64,000 bases of DNA. It comes from Klebsormidium nitens (lineage: Eukaryota > Plantae > Klebsormidiophyceae). The translations under genes and the position numbers were made by a program. The stretch spans positions 1 through 64,000 of the forward strand of contig DF237394.1 of NCBI GenBank assembly GCA_000708835.1, in the 5' to 3' direction. This document shows, piece by piece, positions 1 to 9,891 of this stretch (its first letter is position 1; each line of letters opens with the position of its first letter). The notes under the pieces are model-generated. The model saw only the letters and a program-made list of their open reading frames with translations, was not told the DNA's origin and did no database searches.

Positions 1-418
1 CCCAGTTGGAAGTTCGCGTGCCCAATCATGCATAATTTCCGGAATTTCATCATTAGTTGTGACGTCATGAGTCACAGCCTAAATACCCCAGCGCGCGGGG
101 CGGTGCACTTCAGTTGACGTCAAGAAGAACTAGAGCGAAATCAATGACCAGGTCGTGTTGCACGTTCGTTCGGGAATGGAACTTGAAGCTGCAGTGCGGG
201 TAATAACACCTGGCAACAGGCATGCAACTGCCGCCCAACAAAATCACACAACAATCCGATATGACCCGGAATTTAGAAGTTCAGAATTGCAGGTTGTCAT
301 AATAGTTGTCAGGTATAGTTCCACCGAGCATGTTTAATATTTTGATGGTTAAATGTTGGACGAGCCTGGAGGACTGCCAGACACATTATCATTTGACACC
401 ATCAGACATTCCGATCGA

Positions 419-1080
419 TGTAGTGAACAGTAACAGCCAGTGAACAGTAACGGGGACGGGTAGGGTTAGTGATAGGGGATTAGGGTGGGTACGGGTACGG
501 AGCGGGTGTTCTCTGGAGGGTTTTTAGCAGTGTTTCCCCTGCTGGCCCACTCTCTGGTAAAATGGCCGGCAATGGTCAAATTGGGCCGGCAATGGGGGCC
601 GGCCTCCGGCCCATCCGGCCGGCATTGCGGGGCACCGGCCGGCCTCTTGGGCCGGCAATGAAAGATTATTTCTGGCTCTGTCATCGTATTTAGAGTGCAG
701 AAAGAATAGATTTTGATGAAAATTTAAGGTTTTGGTCCCAAAAAAACTCTCCCCCGGGTACTTCTGGCCATAACTACCACAAAATAAACACCTCGGAAGG
801 TGGTGTAGGAAGTTGGTCGATATTTCACACGTTAAAAATCTAGAGACTTATCAAACTGGAGCAGATATTGTTAAAGTTCCAATATATGGTGTGCGCGCGC
901 GAAAATTTCATATATTTCGGTGGGACTTGGGCCGGCAATGGCGACCTCGGCCCGGCCCAACCGGCCGGCAAACTCAGGCCCCGGCCGGCCCGGCGGCCAG
1001 CAATCAAAATAATTAGGGGAAACACTGCTTTTTAGTAACCCCAAAATGCTTATTGTTCACTGGGCTTGCTGTTCACTAGA
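419..1080. mobile_element. Short non-autonomous TIR element with G-rich core (host element, ~150-155 bp once the nested hAT-like insert is removed)
   Basis: Left end tgTAGTGAACAGtaacagcCAGTGAACAGTAA (419-450) is an imperfect inverted repeat of right end TTATTGTTCACTGggcttgCTGTTCACTAga (1050-1080). Possible TCGA target duplication (415-418, 1081-1084). The core 451-527 is homologous to 39925-40002 (reverse strand) and 4641-4952. Confidence 0.7.
528..1027. mobile_element. hAT-like non-autonomous element (500 bp) nested in the G-rich host element
   Basis: Perfect 13-bp TIR CAGTGTTTCCCCT (528-540) / AGGGGAAACACTG (1015-1027). 8-bp flanking duplication gtttttag (520-527) / ctttttag (1028-1035). 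About 7 subterminal GGCCGGCAAT-like motifs and an AT-rich centre. An 8-bp TSD with short CAG-start TIRs and subterminal repeats is typical of hAT. Confidence 0.8.
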
Positions 1081-1553
1081 TCGAGAAATACATTTATACT
1101 TTGCATCACCTGCCTCCCCTTTCTGTTCGAAGGGAAGAAGAAAGCCAGCTGCCTTTCGTAGACCGCTGTCCCTGTGTTCGAGAAGTCCGTCTTGAGCCCG
1201 ACCCTTGAGCTTGCTTTGAACCTCTGAACCTTGAGCCCGACCAGCCTTACCGCGCAGCGGCAGGCTGGCAGACATGAACGTCTCCCAGCCTAGATGCCAG
1301 CTCTGAGTCTGAGCTTCTCGATTGTTGAGGGAAAAGCTGGCGGCTGCCTCGGGAGTCGGGCCTGGCAGCTCGCATCATCCTGACGCCGACGCCGACGCCG
1401 ACGAACAGGCTCGTTTTCTGGCATCTGGCCGGCAAGCTATAGCCGGCTATAGTCTTTCGCTTTTGAACACCAAGCTCTTGCTGGAGGCTGTGTTTTGGGC
1501 TTCGCTGCCGCTGAAAATCACCAATTGATTCGGCTGAAGGAGTGCTTGGGCCC

Positions 1554-4500
1554 ATGGAGGACGAAGTACCTTCCTATCAGGAGAAGAAAAAGAGGAAGCC
1601 ATTGAGGTGCGCCTGCACTGATCAAAACGCAATGCATATGATCTGCTTGTCGGCAGATCGACAGGATGCTCTTTGCTATGAGTCACATTATTCCACGCAT
1701 TCTCATATCAAAACGCTGACCTCTTTGCAGTCTTGCTGTCAATCTAGTTGCTGCGCACATTGCCCCACCATTTTACAAGTGCCGATAATATATCATTGAG
1801 TGGTCGGAGCCCGGCGAACCAAAATTGCTTGAAAGCATGTGTCTGTCGTCTTACAATCAACGCACCTATCTGATTACAACAGCATTTGACACAAAACATG
1901 GCATCACAAACCTTCCAGAGATCGCTAAGCTCTGCAATTGGTCCTGATATTGCTGGCCTGCAGAGAGATCCCTCCGGGTGGGGTGCTGAAGGCCGTTATA
2001 CGAGGAGGACAAGATGGAGTGCCGGGTCCGAGAGAGGGTCAGCAGGTGTGCCCTCGCTGCTGTGCGAAACATTATCCCGCTTTCCCAAGCTTCTTAATTT
2101 GTTCTGCGGTGCTTCTAGTCAGCGCGCAACGCCATTTTCTGACAAGATTGTCAAACAGATTAGATTGGTACATGTTTGTTGTTGTGATGTTGAAATGCAG
2201 ACATGTTTAGCGGGGCGTCAGTGGAGGGGGCTTTGGTGACATTCAATCAGGTGGCCCGTGTGTGACCTGACCGGAACAGGGGAACGGTTTACTTGAGGAT
2301 CGGTCCAATTGGTTTGCAGGTCATTCTTCACTACGTCGTCCGGCGCCCTGACGACACCCCTGCAGTGCTAGAGTCCACCCGAAAGGAGTTCGGAGGTGAT
2401 ACTCTAACCCTCCTCTACAAGCAGGAAAATTGAGAAGATGAGGCACTGAAGTCGATGGCTGTCACTGTCGAGGATACGTTCTTTTTTGATGGTTGGTCAC
2501 CACTTGGGTTTTGGTAAGATCTACCGTAGCGTGCTGTGTTCCAATCAGTGGCCCATATCTACTTTGGCGTTTCTAGTGACTTTCAGCGGGTGTCTTTGTT
2601 GAGCAGGCATCTGAAATCGAGATTCGTACGATGCAGGCACTGGCACTCCAAGGCGTTTTTTGCTGGGAAACGAGCAATCGTTGTGGGCATGGGAGTTTGC
2701 CGTCCCCAGCATGCGGAAAGGCGAAATAGCCATGGTGAGCCCCGTCACTGCTCCTTAAACCAGGGCGATGAACTTTTCAGCCCAGGATACCATAGAACAG
2801 ACTTCGACAATGAAACGAGAAACTCTAAGTATTTCGACGAACTTCTGTTCTTGCCCCGGAAAACCAAAGGACCATCCAACAGCTCCAGCTCCTGGATCTA
2901 CTAATGACAACTCGACGCTTTGTTCAACGACGCCACACAGATGCTTCTTCAAGTGCTTTCGTGCCCAGGGAACCTGCAATCTCAATCAACTCGGTTTTGA
3001 CTGAAACTGATTGAGGCAGAAACGGGTCCACATGGTAATAATTTCATGGCAACCAGTTTCCTGCCCCTTACCTTGCAGCTGAAGGTCCAGCCCGAGTATC
3101 ATTACGGTGACAAGCAGTGCCCCTGGAGCCGGCCCGAACACATCCCCTCTGACGAGCAGCTTCTGTTTGAGATCGAGCTTCTTGACTACATGGACGTCAA
3201 GGTCAGCTAACTAAGCTTGTGTTTGAAGCACAAACCCGGGCTCATGATGGCTGCTGTCTCTGCAATTCGGCACATTTAAAACCGTTATTTGGGACATGCG
3301 AAGCCGGAGTTGTCTGCTGCAGACTCGTGTGGTTATCTGACTGCCTCCTGTGTGCAGGTATTGACCGAGGATGGGAACGTGGTGAAACAGGTACGCTGCC
3401 GTGTGGTCACGTTTCAGACCGAGGACGAATCAAAGGCCTCTGCGTCGTCATTAGAACGTTCGCACTGGTGACGAGGGGGATACGGCCGTTATACGCGGAT
3501 TTTTCCAAATACTTGCTAGCAAACGTCCATCTGTTGTCGTGATACTCGACCCGTGGTCTCCTTTGCCCCATCGTGGTTTGCTGGCAACCTTGTTACGAAG
3601 GTTGAGTACAGTCTGGAATGCAGGAACGGTTCTTTCTTATGTCAACGTAACGGTAGTCCTCACGCCAGATGATGATCCGCATTTCTCTGCAGGTTCTAAG
3701 CGAGGGTGATGGCTGGGAGAATCCTCGACCACCATACGAGGTGACAGTCCAGTAAGCTCCCTGTGCATTACGGGGAGCCTGAGGATTTGTCTACAAGAGA
3801 GGCTTCTATCTAAAGTTCCTTGAAAGTCGGGTTTATAATTGTCTCATGCTCGCTTGTTCCGGAACAGCGGACAGAACTGGTGGAAGGAGAGTATACGATT
3901 GTGATTAGGACTGTTTGTGGTAATGGAAGCCTTTGCTTGCAGGGCCCGCGGTGTTGTTTCCGGGATGGACACGGCGGTCTTTCCAGCATCGGAACCCCTC
4001 GAGTTCGCCATGGGCAGTAGCAAGGTGGGCCCCTTATCAAGCATCTCATGTCGAAGTGTGCTCCGAAGCCTCCGAGGTTAAGTTTAGCACGTCCGCCGTT
4101 GTCTTCTCTGGGCCTTTCAGATACTCCAGTCGATACGATTGGAGCAGCTCAGATCCGTGCAAAAGCTTTTACCGTGCAGGCTACCGATTCTTCGTGTTTG
4201 AACAAGTATGCCCGTTTTTGAGCTCATACTCAGACTGACGACACGGTTGAGATTGCGGGGCTGCTCATTGGCTCCAACACGCTTTCCCGCTTGCGTCCCA
4301 GGAGTTATCGATTGTTCCTTTCAGAGCCAGTGTGTCCATTCCTGAGAGCATGCTCACACGATGCTCACACGACACGGTTGAGATCGCGGGGCTGCTCACC
4401 GGTTCTAACACGCCTTTTCCGTCGTCCCAGGTTCCTAGGGGCCTGGAAACGGCGTTGCAAAACATGCTGGTCAAGGAGAAGGCGCGTGTCTGGGTGGCGG

Positions 4501-7500
4501 GGCCCGAGCAGCTGGAGCCGCGGGGCGGCGCGGCGGCCGTGCCTGCGGGAGCGGACGAGATCGACTGCACGCTGGAGCTGCTGAGCATGAACCAGGTGGG
4601 TCGCCGGGCAGTCTTCTCGATATATTAACGGAAGTGTCCAGGGGACGGGTGGGGTTGGTTTGGGGGGTTTAGGGTGTAAACAGGCGGACCGCAGAACTTC
4701 GCGATGGACGAAGTCGCAGTGCTACCGTCTGAAGATAAGGACTCCAGTCTGCAAAGTTTAGCTAGGGGGTCGCAAACTTTGGCAGGACAGGTTCCGATAC
4801 CCGGGTTCGGACAAACCGGGCCTAACTGAGAGTAAACGAAAGATTTCGAGCGTTCATTTTTTGACGTCAAAATCTGGACGGCAGCGCTGCGATTCTTGGT
4901 CGTCCCCCAGCTATTCTGCGGTTCTGCGGTCCGCCTGTGTATGGGTGCGGAGCATGTCTTCAGGTTGATTTTTGTGATGTCGTCGTTATTGCCCGAGCAC
5001 CCAGTCCCAATCCCTAGTCAGTTACTTAGCTGGAATTCGAAAAGTAGCCGCCGGGCTCGGGCGCTCAGACTGACGCAGTTTTGAATAGTAGACGGAAAGC
5101 TGTTGGGGGCTTCGGCTGCATAAAGATGAGGTCGGAGAGCGGGTTTGGAAGCATTCCGCGTGGTGCACGGTCCTTCCATTCGGACCAACAGGTGGGGCAC
5201 GCGTTGTAAGACTTGCGAGTATGCTGGCCTCTTGATGGAATGTTCGTCAATCAGTTGAAAGGCGTCGTTATGTGGTGATGTAAGAAGCTCGCACAAACTG
5301 CGCGGCTGGTTGCCTGCAGGTGCGAGATGTGATGGGCGATGGCGAGATCACGAAGCGGCGACTGGTCCACGGAGAAGGTGGGCAGTCCCCCATTGCATTC
5401 CTTGTCATACTTCTGGCTGTCTTTTCTAAGTGACAGACAGAGTCGGCAGCGAAATAGCTTCTGAAACTGCTTTCTGGACAGCCGCCGTCGAGTTATCTCT
5501 TTTCGCACTCTCTACGAAAATTCCCTCCAGCTTTTCGGCTTGCATGTGTTTCGGCGGGCGTCTCAAGGAGCTTCGCTCGCGGTTGATGGCGCGCTGGCAA
5601 ATTCATTCACATGGACTTTTGCTTCACTCAAAGATCGCTTCGACTTTTTGGACTTGTTTTGACTGGTGTTCCTTTCGCTGCAGGGGACTTCCCGATGGAC
5701 TGCCCGCTGGAGGACAGCACCCTGGCGGTGCACGTGACGGGCCGTTTGCCGGACGGGACCGTTTTCTGGGACACCCACGGTAGCGTCGGGGGCGGCGAGA
5801 GCGCCCCGCTGCCGGAGGTGGCGGGACAGCCGTACGAGTTCGCCACGGGGGAAGGCCTGGTGAGCATCTCTCTGAATTTGAGTATATCCAGATTGTCGGG
5901 ATCTACTGGCGGGTACGCAGACGCTGGGAGTCTTGTGGACCTATCAGAAGCCGGCTGGGGTTTGGAACCCGATGAGGCGGGGAGTTTCCCGCTTGCAGGG
6001 GTGGTGCATAAAGTCAAGAGCTGTGTTGTGTCGCCACAGAGTGCCGTTTCCATACATGAGAGCTTCTACTCGGGAAGGCGCACAGGAGTCAACCCAGATT
6101 TGCCTCGTACCTCCGTACGGCGGTTTGTGCTTGGCCCAGGGGTCTGAATACAGCCCACATCCGACCCTCAGTTCGGGGGCAAGTGACCGAGTACGGTCGC
6201 CTTCCTTCCATCTGTGGTCAGAAGGTTACCCTCACCCGTTAATGGATCGAACTCTTGCTGGCAAGGTGACTTTAAAGAACTTCGAGATACGGCTCGACAC
6301 GAGCACTTGCAAAACCTGCTGAGGAGCCATCCAAACATTCTATTCAAAGCCAGACGGGATTGATTTGACTGCAAACTGTGCGTGCAGGTTCCAGAAGGGC
6401 TGGAGAGCAGCATCCGGCTGATGCTGAAAGGGGAGCGCGCCATCATTCACAGCTCCGCTAAGTACGCCTACGACAAGTTCCCCAGGTGAATGGGCCTCCT
6501 CTCATGACCGGGAGCGCCCAGTCATGTGAGCTGTGAACAGTGAGGAATGCTGAGCTCAATGCGTTCTAGCCACCTGTGGGGCCGGGGTCAGTCAGGCTGC
6601 ATGCCGACTTCGAAGGACCTAACCCTAGGTTTTGAGCAAAGGAACAGGTGGAAAGAGAACCCGACCGGTTACTCGCTTCAGAGGTCCCGGCAGACCGGAG
6701 CGAGAGAGCAAGCAAGTTCGATGGCACGCGGGGGCGAGGGCCTAAATTGGAGAATCCCTAAGGTGTTTCCTCTGGTCAAAGCTTCCTTTCTCGCCTCTCT
6801 CCTCCATTCTAGCAAATGCCTAACGGGGTGTTTTACTCGGTTGCAGGCCGGGGGGTGTCCCCGAGGGCTCCCCGGTGGTCTGGGAGGTGGAGCTGGTGTC
6901 GTTCGAGAAGGTGCGCAACTGGACGGACCTGGACATGGACGCGGTGCTGCAGGAGACGGTCAAAACGCGCGAGCAGGGCAACCGCCTGTTCAAGCAGGGC
7001 AAGTTCAAGTTCGCCAAGGAAAAGTACCTCAAGGTGAGCCCCGCCGCACTTCGCTTCTCGGTCAAATCAAGAGACGAAAGTGGTGAATAGTGGGCTTGAG
7101 AGTAAGGGCTTCTGTTCGGAGCTTTCCTTCCTGGGTGTGTCCTTCTTTGCTTCACCACGGGGGTCTGCAAACTGCTTTCCGCCTGATCTTAAAGAATTGG
7201 GGTATATCACGACCGTGCAGTTGCTCGAAGAACTCTGTTGAGAACATGGCGGGAACAGTTGGAAAAGTCGAAATCAACAGTAAGATCTGGTTGTGGCTGT
7301 TAACAAGGGGGACTCAAGGCATGATGGCAGTTAGCATGGAGCCTACTGAATCGTGAATAATCCTGCTTTCCCTTCTGCGGCGGCAGATTTTGCGGCAGCT
7401 GAAGCGGCTGCAAATGGGCGCAACAGCCGAGCAGGCGGAGGCGATCGCTAGCCAGCGCGTGGCGCTGCAACTCAACCTGGCGGCGGTGCACCACAAAATG

Positions 7501-8928
7501 GAGGAGTACGCCGAGGCGGTCAAGGTCGCCTCTGAGGTCAGGAAACATGGCGTGCTCCACAAGATAGTAGGGCAAAAATAGTCCAAATACACGACAAGTT
7601 TCGACTAAGGTAACATCGTCATCCGGAGACTGACCTGCTCCGCACCCCTGCCCATCCAAAATCCCCGGACTAACCTAACCTTCCCAGTGCGGTGATCTTA
7701 TCTTTTATCTCACTTACTCTTGTCTTGCTCTTGACATCGACCCACGAAACAAACATGCTCGTATAGAGCCCGACAGCAATCGTCGCTGTCGATTGGTTGT
7801 GCAAATCAACGGTTTTCGGTCCACAGGTACTAACCGCCCGCCCCTCGTGCCGTGACGGGGCGGGCGATTAGTACCTATGGACAAACCTCGTCACGGCGTG
7901 ATTACCTAGCTGGATCCTTCGCGAGCCTTATTATTGCATCGCGGCCTAGCTTCCAAACACGCGCGATGCTGAGAAGGATTCGCGTCAGAAGCATTTGTGC
8001 GCCCTTGTTTGCAAGTTCTCTTGCCGGCTAACAAGCCGTGGTGATGCGCACCTGCGGATCACTTGCACTTGAGTTGTGGGAGTTGTGACTTTTATAGTCA
8101 CTACGTCTTCGCCAACCAGATGTGGTAAAGTCTGCACTTATTGTCGTCACCAGTCACAATCACGTGAAGTAAATCTACTCGCTTATCCAGTTTCCAACCG
8201 GCCCCAGTCAATGACACGCCCACTCCCCACCTCCCCCCCGCGCAGGTCCTGAGCGAGGACCCGGGCAACGCGAAGGCGCTCTTCCGGCGCGCGCAGGCGT
8301 ACACGATGACGGGCGATTTCGAGGAGGCGGAGCGCGACTATCGGGACATGCTCGCAGCCGACCCCTCCACAGACGCAGACGCCAAGGCGGGCGTTGCCAA
8401 AATCAGACGGAGAGAACAGGTGCGCGCGCGCTGTTGAACCCAACCCGCTCTCAAGCATTCCACTGAAACATTCGAGAAGCTCGATTTGAGTTGGCGCCTT
8501 GAGAGTGGTGCGGACGCACCTTCCGTGGTCTGAAAACGCGAAGCAGAGGTTTCACCTGATGTTCCATGCTTAAGGTGGGACCACGTCTCGAAGCGACTCC
8601 TCTGCAAGGGTGGATCTTAGCCGTCGCCCTCCTCTTTCCGGCCGTGCAGGAGTACCGGGCGAAGGCCAAGCAGCAGTTTGGAGGCATGCTCAAAAAGCGG
8701 CCAGGCGCGCTGTCGGACCAGATAGAGAGATTCGCGGTCGATCCGAAGCCCGGACCAGCTGCATCTACAGCAGCCCAGGAACGGGAAGATGCGGCCGAGG
8801 TGGAGGGGGAAATCAGTCGGGAAACGCAAACGAGGTCAGAAGGGCTGTTGGAAACGGACAGGCGAGGCTCGTGGCCTTGGCCTAACCTGTTTCGAAGCTT
8901 ACGGAACCGATTTTGTACGATCTTGTAA
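1554..8928 (+). CDS. PAS1: PASTICCINO1-like peptidyl-prolyl cis-trans isomerase (3 FKBP domains + TPR), multi-exon
   Basis: Spliced exons (1554-1606, 1964-2045, 2320-2395, 2637-2734, ~3079-3201, ~3358-3390, ~3692-3750, 3943-4024, 4431-4595, ~5320-5378, ~5683-5860, ~6388-6485, ~6847-7033, ~7387-7536, ~8246-8419, ~8650-8928) give IPPGGVLKAVIR, PSMRKGEIAM, LLFEIELLD, EGDGWENPRPPYEV, GDFPMDCPLEDS, YAYDKFPRP, GNRLFKQGKF, KALFRRAQAY. These are colinear with plant PAS1/FKBP72 as recalled. Confidence 0.92.
4177..4430 (+). repeat. Diverged tandem duplication (~125 bp x2) of the 3' end of a PAS1 intron
   Basis: GACACGGTTGAGATtGCGGGGCTGCTCAttGGcTCcAACACGC...GTCCCAG (ending 4301) is repeated as GACACGGTTGAGATcGCGGGGCTGCTCAccGGtTCtAACACGC...GTCCCAG (ending 4430). 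Confidence 0.85.
4641..4952. mobile_element. Third copy of the G-rich core, split by a nested MITE, inside a PAS1 intron
   Basis: GGGGACGGGTGGGGTTGGTTTGGGGGGTTTAGGGTG(TA) [insert] (TA)TGGGTGCGGAGC reconstitutes the same core as 451-505 and the reverse complement of 39950-40002. Its own TIRs are unclear. Confidence 0.6.
4679..4939. mobile_element. MITE (261 bp) with TA target-site duplication (Tc1/mariner-like target)
   Basis: TIR aACAGGCGGACCGCAGAAC (4679-4697) / GTTCTGCGGTCCGCCTGTg (4921-4939), 18/19 match. Flanked by TA at 4677-4678 and 4940-4941. Confidence 0.75.
7820..7881. repeat. 62-bp near-perfect hairpin in a PAS1 intron
   Basis: TCCACAGGTACTAACCGCCCGCCCC - 12-nt loop - GGGGCGGGCGATTAGTACCTATGGA; arms match at 23/25. 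Confidence 0.85.
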
Positions 8929-9891
8929 GCTGCCTCAGGAAAGTCTGTACATACGATTGACGAGAACGGCAAAACGGAAGGGCTTTCGGTGAAGCGGTAC
9001 TAGCCCCGCTCAGCGGCTGCAACTGCCACCTTCCACCTCAAGCAGGCTTGAAGGTCATCCCGTTTGACTCACGAAGTCTTCACGTTCGACAATACATGCG
9101 ACGCTCAATTGGCGCGGTTTAATGCCGACTGCCCATATCCCTCACTGCAAGGTGAGCCTGAAATCTTTAGGTGACCGGAACTCGTGATGAACCGCCAAAG
9201 AGATGCGTGAAGTCGCAAAACACAATGATTGTTGTATTTGATTTCGAAGCGTGTGACGAGGTTGAGTATCTCTATACCGTATGTTCAAGATTGGAATGCG
9301 TGTACATACGAGCACTATAATGATTCGATACATGCGCTAATAGACATAAGTTCGTGCCAATTATCATATGCAATGGAAACGCACTCGCGCGCACATATGC
9401 AGATTAAAATGTTTGTGAAGACAACCGTCGACATGCACAAACAGTATATGCACTGTATGTTTTAGGCGCGTCTGTAGGCTAGAGGATTGCATGAAGGCGA
9501 TTGGTCCTATACTGCATGATAGGCAGAATATTTTATAGCCTCGCATTTGTGCACGCGTACCGCATATACATTGGCATGCTCAGCGGCTATATTGATATCG
9601 ATCATATTTTCCGTCACAGTATATAACCACAATTGCGCGCGGTGTATGAGGACATGCCACATGTACGTCTTGATACACCGCGTAACATGATGCATTGTAA
9701 GTCCAAACACTATATGTATATGCCACATGAGAGGGCCAACCACGGGCCCATGTGGCGATATAGGCATGTGGAAAATGATCGAAGACTTGCCAGGGTACAT
9801 ATCGCTTACAACGCTGCTATTGTCAACTTATATTCTGGAAGTGCGACTTCCGCTGATTGCTGTAATCGTATTTACAAACTACATCGGATTG

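Noticed and set aside
451-505. Interstitial telomeric repeat or telomere remnant
   Set aside because: Only isolated TTAGGG-like units occur inside a TIR-bounded element; there is no tandem array.
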